Shown: positions 1-13,110 of the stretch, piece by piece
How positions within the stretch are numbered: the stretch's first letter is position 1
How the letters are laid out: each line of letters starts with the position of its first letter
From: Phyllobates terribilis
Taxonomy: Eukaryota
Reading direction: 5' to 3'
Length of the DNA: 58,323 nt
NCBI RefSeq assembly: GCF_046119375.1
Contig: NW_027367423.1
Location: forward strand, 1 to 58,323
Position numbers and translations under genes: made by a program
The notes under the pieces: model-generated
The model's database searches: none
What the model was told of the DNA's origin: nothing
What the model saw: only the letters and a program-made list of their open reading frames with translations

Positions 1-797
1 GGTGTAGATTAGTATGATATGCTCTTTATATAAATAACTCTTGAATAGCCTTGCTTTCCATACTCTATTGTGCTATGACTTGGTGCCATACCTGAGCTGT
101 ATTTACTTATGATTTCCTTGCATACATTTTACAGTCTCGCTAGAGTAGTTGCACATGTTTTCATAAAGGTTTCTTCTATCCCAAAATATTCCTCCTGGTG
201 ATTTTTTAACCCATACTACAAGCCCAAATGATGGAGGAAATCTACTGCCTTCTCTAGCCTCTTATAACACAACGTCCTATGAGTCGGTTTTACGTACATT
301 AATAGGGCACTTCGTGTTATAATGATAAAACATACTCATATATGATATTGATTGATTCTATGTAATGGTCTTCTTGTGATACCACTTCAGGTATGTTTCC
401 CATTCCTTACACACCTACACTATCAGTATTGCCACGGAGGGAAGGGTCCGTACAGAGGTATGTTGCAAATTCAGAACATTGAGCAGAGAAACATCTTCCT
501 GACTCGGTAAGAAAAGGGGAAGAATCTAGAAAAGAAAAAGGCAGAAAATGTTTGAAATTTTGACAAGAAAGAAAATCCGGGAAATCTTGTTGATTTGACG
601 GTTGTAGGGGCAATGATGGCCTCGATTTTCCGAAAATGATTTATCAGCCATTTAGATTTGAGGAAAGAATATGAGTCGTCTAGATGTATGCACCAACTTG
701 ATGATTAAAACCGGGCTTTGTCTCCCTCACAACTCAGAACCTCACTTTCTTCAACCCATAAATCCGAAATCTCTCTCCCTTCCAAAACCCTGAATCA

Positions 798-1166
798 ATG
801 GAGTCGATCAATCTCGACGAGAACACTAAGAAAGTCCTTGCGCAACTCGGTATGGACCTCTCTGTCGTTCTTGCCACCACCAAATCCACCACGTCCAATC
901 CTAGCCCGGTCGCCGAACCCACATACAAACCCAAACCCCAATCTGGGGAGCACATAGACGACATGGTACTGGTCCTTGACGAGCGTTTTGAGATGTTGAT
1001 TGAGCGGTTCGAGCGTATGAATGAGCTCGTAGTTGGGTTATCAAGACAGGTGGACAAGCTCAGTAGGAAGATTGTGAGCGTTCACAAAGATGTAACTGCC
1101 CTACGTGCCTCTCACCCAGACGAGGAAGCCCGCTCCGTCCTTGAAGATGCCACAGACTCTTCTTAG
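798..1166 (+). CDS. Short ORF (122 aa) with coiled-coil-like C-terminus, probable remnant of the Sirevirus extra (env-like) ORF
   Basis: ATG-initiated ORF just upstream of the PPT region, with a heptad-like stretch ERFEMLIERFERMNELVVGLSRQVDKLSRKIV. Its position matches the extra ORF of Sireviruses; homology not verified. Confidence 0.4.
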   Translation: MESINLDENTKKVLAQLGMDLSVVLATTKSTTSNPSPVAEPTYKPKPQSGEHIDDMVLVLDERFEMLIERFERMNELVVGLSRQVDKLSRKIVSVHKDVTALRASHPDEEARSVLEDATDSS

Positions 1167-1606
1167 GACTCTTCTCTTAGATGCTACTGACACCATCATT
1201 ATCCCTTCCCACAACTTCCTCCTCTTTTCTATTTTTTTACTATAACTTTTGTGAACTGATCTGCTCTACTTTGGTGAAATGTTATCTGTTTTGCATGTGT
1301 TTGAACCGGTTTTAATGGTTGTGATGTTTTGGCACTATTTCATATCTTTGCACTGTTACCGTGCTTGCTTGGTTATTCTAGACTTATTATTATAGTGGGT
1401 TTATGCTGTTTTTTTATGATGCCAAAAGGGGGAAGATATAGGGTAGTACTTTTTGAGGGAGAATGATTTACTAGGCTCTAGGAGATATTGATGTTAGGGG
1501 GAACTGTTCACATCTTAGGATGCCTTTTCTAGTCTTAGTCTAGGTGTAGACTTGGACGTATAGTTTAAAAAGTAAAGGGTGTTTGTCACCATCAAAAGGG
1601 CGAATT

Positions 1607-2525
1607 TGTTATGTTTTTTGTTTTGATGGTAACAAACATTCTGCTAAGGATGTTTCCCTGAGTGTTGTTTTACAGGTTACTATATGTAGAAAGTTTCCAT
1701 ATATAGGAACCTTCCATGTCTAGGAACTTTTCATATATGTTACAATGAGTAATTTGAGCAGAGTGTGAGCCAAACATAGGAGCGTGCTTGAGTCTATGCA
1801 TAGATAGCATTATCTTAGAAGATCTGTGGAGCGAGCTGGCGAGAAGATCTTCAGTGTAATCAAATAAGAAAAGATGTACAAGTGAAGATAAATTTCTAGT
1901 AAGGAAAAGATCACAAACGCGCACAGCCTGACATAATCTGAACAAAAAGATCACAAGGGATACAACTGGTGTGGTCCCAACGGATTAATCTGTTATCTTT
2001 AGGAGCGTTTAGATTCTTGCTTCTATGTCTAGTAATATATGTGAACATTATATTATTAAAATGTTAGAAGATCTTTCGGTTACCATGTTTAATAATATAT
2101 GTGAACATTCTATTATTAAACAAAGAGATTCGGCCAAAGCTAGGTTAATTGTCTTGGCCCACTATATATATTGAATTGTTCATCTTCATAAAAAGGTTGA
2201 ACGTTGATGAGATATTCGAGAGAGCACTGTAGAGCAAAACACCTTTAGGTTAGCGTTTGAGTGAAAGACGAGAGGAGTGTTTTTGTAATCCAAGCTCTCA
2301 TCTTGTAAGAAAACAAAGATCTATAAAGGTTATTTTCAAATCCTTCTAGTGAGAAACAAGAAGGTAGTGGTTTTACGCAGTGTGTAGTTTTCACACTGTG
2401 GCTTCCACTCTAAATACGTTGTTCAATCTTTTCGCAATTGTTATTCCGCTGCAAAAAGTTTCAGAGAAGGACTTCACCTTTTCCTGTGACGTTTTCACGA
2501 CTAACCAATCCAACACTTCTAAACA
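1607..2525 (+). repeat. 3' LTR of the Sirevirus-like element
   Basis: Starts TG right after the PPT, contains a TATA-like CTATATATA (~2162) and ends in CA at 2525. The partner LTR is not in the window. Confidence 0.6.
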
Positions 2526-4439
2526 AGATAATATGCGCTTCTTTGGGAAGCTACCCATCTGGCATTTGACAACTCGGAGGTGGACATGTTGACTAGGCGG
2601 CATGAATTCTTATCCTCCAGCATTCATCTGAATTAGTTAGGAATTTCTTTGCAATCATGTTTACTAGTAACTTAGGCCGATTTGATCGTAAAAAAAAAAG
2701 TTCAAGAACATATTTCCCCTTTCCATGTATTGGGTTGGCTAGTAGAAGGTCCGAGTTTGAACTTTTTAAGAATATAGCACACTATATAGCAGTGAATTGC
2801 TAGCAGATCAATCTCCTCACCACAATTTTGGAACATTAAACATCAAGCAAGACTGACCCAGTAAACACTAAAACTGGACAGATGGTGGAATAAAGAATAA
2901 TCCTTAATTAAGATGCTTGATTACTTCCAAAACAAAAGGGGGCCCATTTGTTCTTCTTATACAGTAGATCTTGTAGCTAAGAATGTAGCTTGAAACACAA
3001 GGTTAGACTTTTTTTAACATAATCTGTTCATTAACTGTGCATGTGTCGATCAGATCAAGTTTGCAGGTGTATGGTTGGGGATTTGGATCCTTGTTTCACA
3101 AGGTAAAAAGGTGTTGAAAAAGACTTGCCACCAAAACCAAATATGAATTGCATGATTACATTACAAGGGAGTTGGAAAATGGCTGAAGAGCAGTTACTTT
3201 TTTGTACTTCACCATTGTTTAAGCAAGCAAGCATTTCCACTCACTCTCTTCACCTTCTTCTCCCTTTTAAGTCTCCAAATCCCTTCTCTCATTATGACTT
3301 ATGAGCAACACCCATCTCTTCCTTCATGGGATGGCTAAAATCCCTCTTCTCTCCATTCAAGAAGCTCTGATTCGCCTCCACTCGACTCATAACAAGAGTA
3401 CGTACGTCTTTTAACCATTTCTCTAATCTATTTTCTAAGTATTGTTGTCAGTGACGGATCTGGAATTTGAGTTCAGTGGGAGTTAAATTGTTATGATGAG
3501 TTTTCATCAAATCAATTCAGAATATAGGATAATGTAATGGGAGTCAACCAAGTCAGGATCTCATCCTAAAACCAATTCAGAATTTACCAAATTATATAGC
3601 ATTTTCTTATTATCTTATCTTGAAATACAGCAAAGGGGATATACATTTTGTATGAGGATGTGCAGTCATGCCAATATGAAGATGTTCATGTTCTATGGTC
3701 ACTACTCGTGGAGTCGCATGCACCAGATAGGAGGCTTATATGCAAATAAGCCCAAACATGTCATTACACATAATTTATTAATCGACATTTGTAAATATTC
3801 ACCTTGCTACTATTTTTCTTACAGACATTTTGCTATATATACATTGCCTCCCTTTATGGTTGGTTAGTTGATTTGTCAAACTTCAAGAAACATGACAAGC
3901 AATTGTTACACGTTCGCCAATAGTCAAAATCAGATGAAAATAGCTGAAATTGAAGATAAATTCCAGTTTTTCTATTTAGGGCATTCCAAAACGTCTTTTG
4001 TGAGTAAAACTCCGCCTAGAAAAAATTCATCTACCTTCTACAAATTCCATCTTAATCTCTCAATTTTCAACTAAAAAAAATTCATCAACCCTTATTTCAT
4101 TTACCATTTTATCTACTTTTTTTCAAGTACCACTTTCCATCTAGATGAAAAGAAAGTTCATATAAGTATACCGAACTTATCCAAAATCATAGATGACAAT
4201 GAGCTTGTGAGAAATCTGAAAATAAGACGCCGATGTCCGTGATAGAACTTCATACTTTTCATGTTGAGCACTGTCATAACATTAATGACTCGTATATCAT
4301 AAATTAGACCATACCATGCATATAAGAGAAGTGCAAAGTTTGTTATTTTTTCGTATTAAACAATTTTAACATCTTACATACCCAATTCATGAACAAATTC
4401 CTACTAGAATAAAGCAATCTATATGCTTCAATTTACTTG

Positions 4440-7400
4440 TCACAACGATGATGAACTACCTTTCGTTACACCTGCTAAACAATTCTTCAAGTATGTATAT
4501 GACACAGAATCCACATTCGAGAGGAGCCCAAGAGGGTCACTGTTATCTGTAAAAGCATTACCATAAATATATTAGAACCAAAATTAAGTATATAATCTGC
4601 AGCAATATATATCACATCACATACATATCCTTGTTTGAGATACTGCAAATCAAGATCATCTTCAGAAAATCGCACACCTTTCCCCTGCAATATTACAGCG
4701 AAAATGATTTTTATTCTTACAATATCAAAATGAAAATGATGCAGCTATTCCTCGTATCAACCTTTTTTGAAATACAAGTATTGTGTGTGATGAGATGGTT
4801 TAACCTCAGCGGAGCTCGCGTCCATGGGCTCCACATCCATCTCCATAGTTGACAGCAATTTGGTTCTTGTGTACCTGCACTCACTCTAACCCACCCTGTT
4901 TTGTATATACTTTTACCCTGGCTGGTTAATCTATAGCCCTGTTTGTAAACAAATCAACAAGTCAAGATAATTGGAAAATGAGTAATGACAGAAAATTAGA
5001 GTATACCTTATGATGCTTAATATCCGTCGGTAGATTAACATTGAGAGTGCAAGAACTAGGAAAAGTTTTGTTTTCTATGTCAGATAAAACGGAGGTTATG
5101 ATTGGTAAGCATGCCTCTGCAGCTAATTTAAAATCATTAACCGTGCTTCTACCGGAAAACCTAGATGATCCACGATACATAGAAACTGTAAATGTCAATT
5201 AACAGATAAGTTATGTCGAATTATTTCACAGAGGAATTAAAAATACCAGTCGTAAGACAATGCTATAGAAGGTACGTCGTGGATTAAGGCCTCTCGAGCA
5301 CCAGCGACTGTACCCGAATACATACTGCCAGGTTATGATGCATTTATGCAAAAGTTAGAGACTCAAATAAGGGTTTGTTAATGGAAGGGAAAATCTACAA
5401 TAGCATATAATTTAAGAAGGGAAAAGAGTGAGCTATGAACTAAATATAGCGGCAAATAAGCAAACACCAAGTTCAGAAAAAGAAAAAAAACAAGGGATGT
5501 ATATATAACTAACACATGGTAGCCCCAGTTGCAACCCATATTTATGCCACTGAGTACCTGTAAAGAAAACATCAGAAAGAAAATGACAGACGTGATTTTA
5601 GATCACCTAAAAAGAATGGAAATAATAAATCCAATTCGACATTTATGGGTTGATATTGTCACACAGTAGCAAAGAGGACATAGAGGCAGTGCAGAACTTT
5701 TTTATCATTGTATATTTGCTTCAGGGTAATTTCGGTTACTGGTGACAAGCAGCGTAAACAGTTGGATTCTTTTTATACTTCTTATCACCACGATTTGTTC
5801 TGACCCAAAGGCAGGTACCGAATACAATAGCCAAACCTGGGTAATAATATAGCATGCTAGATTTTTAGGCATACACTAGTTTAAACCCGCGTGTCATGCA
5901 CGCGATTTATCCAATATTTTTTATATTTAAAATTAAATAATATATAGATATATTATAGTTTTTAAATATATATCAATAAGTAATGCTAATAAAATATATT
6001 AATCACAATATAAAGAAATATCTTTCTCATAGATCACAAATAGCAATTGTGTTTATATAAGACTTTGTTTGTAATTGTGACTCTGTGTATTATTTATTTT
6101 AGTAATTTCCTATTTCTCTTTATAAGATATCTTTATAATCAAATATAAAGGATAATATAATGCTAGATTTTTTCCTTGTATAAAATAGAAGATTTTGTTT
6201 CCAATTGAGATAATAAGTTAAATGATATTCTCAAAAATAATAATTCTCTAAATTACATTGCTTTATTTTATTAAGTCAAAGTATACTAGTCATATAATAG
6301 CAACATGTCTGTCAAATTGGATCCAATTTGGCTATAGTCCAAAAATTAACAACGCTCTTAAATTTGACACATGTAAAAAACTGTTCAAAATTAATGAGAA
6401 TATGACATGTGTCCAAATTAATGAGAGACTGTCACATAAGTTGGTTTTGATGTTGCTTTAGTATTATATAGATAGATTATTGATGAGTTACAAGGTGTGT
6501 TATTGCTTATTGTGCATACTGATACTGTCCATGTCACTTCATTTCTTTATCTAACCCAAAAGAGATTATATGTGATAAAGGTCAAACTCAGGGAGACTTT
6601 AGGAATATTTTAGTTCATATTACATATTTCTTTCAAAACATATGACAAGAAGTAATAAGCGGTGGGAATTATTGTTAATATTGAATCTCAAGAAGGAAGA
6701 ATAATTAGAGGGAGGAGAGAAAAGATTAGAACATTACCAGATCCGCTTTTGATGGAAACAGAGCTCCTGATAGGCCCAAAGAAGTACAATCAGCAGGAGT
6801 GCTGCAAAGACATATCAGAATCGGTATTGCAATAAACCCAAACAGTGATGCAACATTTTCGCTCACATAAAGATGAAACTTTGGGGGATTTAATGTGACT
6901 CTAGATAACAGAAGATTTAAATTTCAAGATAAGTCAAAGATGAATTTCCATTTTACAAGAGTAGTAAAATGTTACAAGTTCTTTTCCAATTTGCCAATTT
7001 TTGTCAGAACAAGTCAATTGCTAAATCTGGTGATAGCTAAAACGAATATCATCAGTCTTGCTTTTCTCATTTTTAAGAAGATAGTCTGATTTGTATGCAC
7101 AAAGGGACTCCACAATGCAAAATAAATTGCAACTTTTCTGCTAAGTTGTGAGTTACAAAAAATTCAATCACTCACTACTACAAGCATTGAACCATTCCAG
7201 CACAATGCAGAATGAACAATAACAAGCTAAAAAACTAGAAATTGGAATTTTTAGTTGACAGTACAAACCAGAAACTGCTGCTGCAACTGCACCATCAATC
7301 TTGACTTCCTGAACAGATAGAGGGTGTTGCCAAGTTATACTATGACTAGCTGCAGACTTCTCCCTGTAACAATTACCTTATTAGGTCATGGCATGGTGAA

Positions 7401-7977
7401 AAAATGCATATAGAAAAAATGACAAAGATAATCTTAATTGCATAAACGGAATTTAATTGTCCAAGAACTATATTTCAGCTTTCGAAGAAGAATATGCCAA
7501 ACCACTGTATACATTGATCAGAAACCAATTAGTATATCATTATTTTCTTCATCAATCATATATCGACGAACTGTTAAACATGTACCAAGTAGAGCAAACT
7601 AAGATATTGAATAGCCCTAATTATGAAATAACTAATATTGCAGTTGATCTAGCTGTTACTAACTGAAGATCATATGGATTAGAACGACGAACACAGCATG
7701 TGACTTTCGATTGTTGCAGTCAATTGATAATTTCAGAGCTCGATATGGTCTTAGTGGAAAGTTCCTAGGGCTTGGAGGTAGAAATTGACCGAAAATACTG
7801 AGAGAGTAGGAGGGAAAATCACATTGCAAGGATGAAAATTTAAGAAACTCACGAATTTGGGGCGCAAACCTGCACGTTGTAGCGATTGGTGGAGACCAAA
7901 ACGCAAACCAGGTGTAATAATCCGGGCGCTTCAATTCCGTCGTCGTTGGTCACCATTATCGTCGGCCGATCGTCCAT
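4440..7977 (-). pseudogene. SurE-like phosphatase/nucleotidase, copy 1; 9 exons, four small homopolymer deletions as assembled
   Basis: Exons 7977-7853, 7363-7269, 6801-6738, 5557-5514, 5324-5247, 5160-5007, 4938-4762, 4684-4625 and 4546-4440, all GT-AG. Motifs [39 protein letters not shown]. Exon 3 is 64 nt (65 in copy 2), exon 7 has an internal -1/-2 pair and exon 9 has a -1. Confidence 0.85.
5876..6476 (-). mobile_element. Non-autonomous Helitron (601 bp) in intron 3 of SurE copy 1
   Basis: On the minus strand it begins TCTATCTATATAATACTAAAG after an A and ends with hairpin CGCGTG-catga-CACGCG, 8 nt, then CTAG followed by T. This gives the A|T target and no TSD. Confidence 0.8.
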
Positions 7978-8202
7978 TCTTCTTGAAAACAAAACAGGCG
8001 AGGCCGTACAAACAACATTACCCACTAGGCCTGTGTCAGCGTTTTATGTCCTTACTGGCGTCGGGTCGGAAAGGTCATGTTCGGGTTTGAGTGTTTTAAA
8101 TTCTTGTTATTTCGAGTCACTTTATTTTGGAATTTTAGTTAAATTACAAATGGGTCGGTTATTAAAAGTTTAAGGATGTTTTTCGGGTAGAAATAACGTT
8201 TA

Positions 8203-8709
8203 TGGTGTAAAATGAGAATTAATCTAGATTGTCAACTATTTTAAAAAAATGTAAGCTGGAGGTCCAAAATGCAGGTCAGAGACCAAAAAATGCATGTCAA
8301 TAAAAATGGAAGCTGGAAGCTAAAAAATGCATGTAAATAAAAATGCATGCCGGAGGTCTTTTTATGCATGTATATTTTGCATGCAGTTTTAACACATAAG
8401 CATGCATTTTTCGCACATAAGCATGCACTTTCATTTTTAATCAAAATGAAAATTCATGTGTTGAAAATGCATACTTATGTGCGAAAAATGCACGTTTATG
8501 TATGAAAAGTGCATGTTAATGTGTTAAAAATGCATGTAAAATATAGATGCATAAAAGGGTCTCCGACTTGCATTTTTATTGATTTTGGGTCTCCGACATG
8601 CATTATTATTGGCATGCATTTTTAGACCAACTGGCATGCATTTTTTGGCCTCCGGCTTGCATTTTCTTGAAATTATATGATTATTTAAATTTGTTCTCAT
8701 TTTACACCA
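8203..8709. mobile_element. MITE with TA target duplication and many internal AATGCA(T) repeats
   Basis: TIRs TGGTGTAAAATGAGAA / TTCTCATTTTACACCA, flanked by TA on both sides. Confidence 0.7.
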
Positions 8710-8823
8710 TAAGATTTGTTTGCATCTGATACTTTTCCAAAGTTTAATATCCAGTTGATTTAACATATTGGTTTATGTGGATATTTTTTTGTTTTTTAGA
8801 ATTGTTTTCATTTGAAGACAGGT

Positions 8824-9048
8824 AGGGATTTGTTAGGCTTGAGTATTTATAAAAAAAATCATTATTTATAAAGAGGGTTTTAATAATAAGTTTTTTTAAT
8901 TAAAAAGTACTTTTTATATTTTTTTAGATAAATTAGAGTATGGGAAGATAAATAAAAGTAATTAATTACATATTTTTTTGAAAAGAAGAAAAGTACTTTT
9001 TTAGAATAAAGTCTTTATAAAGAATAAATATTATTTACCAAACGTAGC
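8824..9048. mobile_element. Degenerate Tourist-like MITE
   Basis: Ends resemble (G)GGATTTGTTAGG.. and ..TTACCAAACGTAGCC. The left end is similar to the reverse complement of the element end at ~11680-11703. Confidence 0.4.
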
Positions 9049-9807
9049 CTAGATGCTCAACGTTTTTAACTCATACACCATTTTCTACCTGCATTTAAGA
9101 TGTTTGTTGATTTTTATAAATATTTTCTACATGCATTTAAGATGTTTGTTGACTTTTATAAATATTTTCTACACTCATAATTGATATATGTTGGGGGAGA
9201 GGTCTGATTAATTGTATATTAGAACGACCAAAAATATAAATCAAATAAAAGATTTATTTTTGATATATGTTGGGGTAGAGGCAGGCTTCGTACAACAAAA
9301 ATTATGGTAAGACGATAGTATTAATGTAAGCTATTAGATTACAGAAAATGGATGAGCAAATTCTAATTAAATAAATAGGTTGAGGTAAGTTGAATTACTT
9401 TTAATTTAAAAATAAATCAATAAGGAGATATTGTAAGGGAGTTTAAAGATTGGATAGAGCAAGATTCTACAAAAATGCTATGCGGATGCTAGGCGGTGAG
9501 GAGGGCTAGCGCCTAGACGGATCTGTATTATTACACTTATTTTTGTGTTTTGACACCATTTCCTTATATGAAAATTAAAAAAAGACATATTTGATTCATA
9601 ATTGTCATAGTAATTCATAGTTTGACTATGTAAATTGCGATATAAGTATATAATATGTTAATTAATCATCCAAAATTTATAAACTTTATATAGTCTTCTT
9701 CATAAAGAAGATCTACAAGACTATAACAACAACAAAAAAAGCTACAATTTTCAACTTAGATTTCAACTAAATAAAATAGAAATATAATGTAATCCTCCCG
9801 TCTCTTC

Positions 9808-10966
9808 TAGGGCTGAGCACAGATCGGGTAAACCGAATTTTTTACCCGAACCAAACCGGTCCAAATCGAAACCAATTATTTCGGTTCGGGTATCGGTTTA
9901 GGAATCCTAGAAATTCGGTTTTTGGATCGGTTCGGATTTCTTCGGATCGGTTCGGATAAAACCGAAATTAAAAAAATAAATGAAATACTATGAATTATAA
10001 TAATCACTTGAAATTTGGGCACACAATACTAGGTCTATGAATATACATACTTAAGTAGTAATTTGGGCTTAAATACTATGCCTTATAATATGTGTAATAC
10101 TAAGAGTGTTACACATATTATAATGCAAATGGAAGAAGGTAACCTATCTTTATATTCATTTACTTATTCATTCTTAACAGTATTTTTTACATTTTGACGC
10201 TAATTAATAAGTAACTTTATCTTTATATTTCACGAATTTTGAGAAAAACATGTCATTACTTAGCTAGGCGAGTATGAGTGACTGGTCTACAGAATTTTTC
10301 AACAAACTAGAGGTTCTATCTTATCTTCTTGATTTACTTTTGATTTTCAAATCAACTACTTTATTTGTTAATGTGTATGTGTTCAACTATTTTTATTTAT
10401 TTTACTTAAATTTTATAAACATCGTGCAATGAACTCTTGAAGTCTTACAATTGACAAGGAAACCTCATTTCATTGGAGTTGCGAAGAGAGAGAAGATTGA
10501 TATTATTTAGCAAAATATTGACATTGTTTTGAACATCTATGCATTTTGTTTGGAATATGTTAATTTGTATTTGGATATGAACTTTGAAAGTTAAACTTGA
10601 TATTGATAATTGACCATTTAAGTACTAATATGTTATTTTGATTTTTGAGACACCATTTATAAAATTTCATTACGATAATGACAAAGTTAAATCATTTATT
10701 AAATTTTGTTAAATAACAAAAGTGTTACACATATTGGACTGTTTCGATTTTTACCCAAACCGAACCGATCCAGAGGAGGACCGAACCAAACCGACCCAAT
10801 ATACATTGGATCGGTTTTCGGTTCGACTTTTTAAGGTTTCGGTTTTTGGTTCGGTTCAGTTCGATTTTATTGGATCGGTTTTCGGTTCGACTTTTTAAGG
10901 TTTCGGTTTTTGGTTCGGTTTCGATTTTATTGGATCGGTTCGGTTTTTGACCCATGCTCACCCCTA
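9808..10966. mobile_element. Non-autonomous hAT element
   Basis: TIRs TAGGGCTGAGCA / TGCTCACCCCTA, perfect 8-bp TSD GTCTCTTC (9800-9807 and 10967-10974), and subterminal AACCGA/TCGGTT arrays. Confidence 0.92.
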
Positions 10967-11065
10967 GTCTCTTCATTCTCATTGTCTTCCTCAATCTCAA
11001 CATTAACCTCTCGCTCCATGTCTGAATCATCAAACTAAAACTCACCATAGATTTCAACTCCTATG

Positions 11066-11803
11066 TAGTGTTGGCCAATGGAACTTGAACTGTGTGAACC
11101 GGCATGGCATAGAACCGACGCTAAACCTTGAAACCGGCTAAGACCAAGGTTCAAAGCTAGGTCATGAATACCATGAACTTTCAAATCGGAGGTCCTATGA
11201 AGGTTAACGGCTCTGAATTGGCGGATCATTTAGATTTAAGTGCTTAGAATTTTTAAACTAAGTACTGAATTTTTTTATGTAAAATCAAGATTTTAACATT
11301 AATTATCTCGAGTAATTGCTTGAGGTTTTTTAAAATTATTTACGAAATTTTCAAATAAGTACTTAAAAATTCAAGGTTCCAAACTAGAACCGGAAACGAG
11401 ATAAAAACTGTTGGAAATCGGTTGGGCACCGGCCTGATGAGCCGGCCATTTGAAAGTTCAAATTAAGGCCACATTTGGCAAAGAGTCTTTATTACTTATA
11501 CAAACTTTTTTCAAATAAATACTTTTCTTGTTTTCGATAAATGTATAATTAATTCACTTTTATATTTTCAACAACGCTCCTACCTTCCTAAAAAAATACA
11601 CGCGGTTCTCTAAAAAATAATTTTTAACCGAACACTCTTTTTTAAAAAAAAAACTCTTTACAAATAATAAAGTCTTTATGAATACTCATCCCAAACAAAT
11701 CCTAAGGTTCTAAATTCAACTAAACCTTGAACCGAGGGTTCATGAACCTGAACCGGAACCGGTTGTTCTTGAACCGGGGGTTCATGAATTGGGGCCAACA
11801 CTA
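11066..11803. mobile_element. Non-autonomous hAT element with a nested Tourist-like MITE (~11480-11703)
   Basis: TIRs TAGTGTTGGCC / GGCCAACACTA, GAACCG(G) subterminal repeats, and a decayed TSD (CTCCTATG vs TTTCTAGG). Confidence 0.75.
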
Positions 11804-12479
11804 TTTCTAGGCGGCCGATCTTTTTCTTGGGGTCTAGAGATTTCTGCCCAAGCTAAAACCTTCAACCTAGCACGCTTTTTTAGAACACTGGGATAGAGGA
11901 TGCAAAATATCCTCGACTTTCTAAAAATATCCTCTTCAATTCAAATGATTATTGAAATATTGTCCATGGTTTTATTGAAATATCATCTCACGGTTTTAGG
12001 ACATTGTTTTACAAGATTTATGCCTCAATCAAAACGTTTAAATCAATGTCCACACACCATGAGATTAGTAATCAGGATATTGGTATCAAAATATTTAGAA
12101 ATATTCCAAGATATATCAAAATTCAAGCTATAATCTTTCAAATGTCATGTGATTTTTTTCTCTAAGGAAGCATTTTTATGAAATATATGGCAACATTTTA
12201 TCAGCATTAACACTTTTAGGATGTGTTTCGTATAAATTAGATATCGGGTTGGAATGAGGAATCGGGTTGAGGAGGTATCATTTTGGAACTCCATACATAC
12301 ATAAATGTGTTTGGTATTTTTTTGGAATGATATCCATCCTATACCATTATTAAATAAATTATATAATTGAAAATTTTCAAGCATGGAGTCGAAAGTTCAA
12401 TCCTCTCAGGGAATCGTATACACTTCACCAATCTGGAATCGTATAACGAACATCCCCATGATTTTGTACGAAGAACTAA

Positions 12480-13110
12480 CCCTACTTCATGGGAAAACAC
12501 TTAAAGTTGACCCGAGAACACTCTTTGTGAATTGGGGTAGATTTGCTCGGATATATGTTCAGTTTTTTGCTCGGCTTGCCTTCCGAGGGAGTATCCAAAA
12601 AATGTTGAGTGTAAATGATAACACATATGTCTGTCTAACGTTTTCCTTAGATGCAGGCTGGAGAAGTTCGTCCATTAATTCAGAGATTGTTAGATGGCTA
12701 GACGGACATGGCAGGTTTTTTCTACGGACAAGTGATAACTTTGTGTAGGCCAATTTTGCCTAGTGGACCGTGGTAATCACGTCCGTTTCGGCTCCCGCAT
12801 TGAGTGCGAGAATTGGGAGCAAATTTTTATCACTACTCTATGGAGCCTATGGAAATGGCTTAATTGATGCGTGTTCAATGTTAAGGATTTCATAGCAAAC
12901 AAAGGTGAATTTGTGAGGAATGAGATGGAGGAAAGTAAAGAGTGGTTATGAAGGTCGAGTTGGTCAAAGGACCAAGTCACTGGTCACAAACCCATATATT
13001 TTGGTCATCGCTGCCGCGTCATTGGTGACCATCAACAATGGATCACTTCGTGATGGTAAAGCTTCGATCGGAGGTGTTATTGAATATTATCAATCGATAT
13101 ATGTGTTGTT
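12480..13110 (+). mobile_element. Decayed L1 LINE fragments
   Basis: Translations GKTLKVDPRTLFVNWGRFARIYV (ORF1-like), TLWSLWKWLN*CVFN and NGSLRDGKASIGGVI (RNase H-like) resemble plant L1 proteins. Confidence 0.5.

Larger units (their letters stand above)
1..2525 (+). mobile_element. 3' part of a Copia LTR retrotransposon, probably Sirevirus (SIRE/Maximus); 5' part lies outside the window
   Basis: Several purine tracts (CAAAAGGGGGAAGA ~1423, GTTAGGGGGAA ~1492) lead to TTTGTCACCATCAAAAGGGCGAATT at 1582-1606, directly followed by TGTT...GTTTTGATGGTAACAAAC. This is the multi-PPT/LTR-start layout known for Sireviruses. The right end (..CTTCTAAACA at 2525) is inferred. Confidence 0.7.

Noticed and set aside
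3449-3570. hAT MITE starting CAGTGACGGATCT
   Set aside because: Only one end is recognisable; no partner TIR or TSD.
9075-9170. ~43-bp direct repeat
   Set aside because: Simple local tandem duplication in AT-rich intergenic DNA with no further structure.
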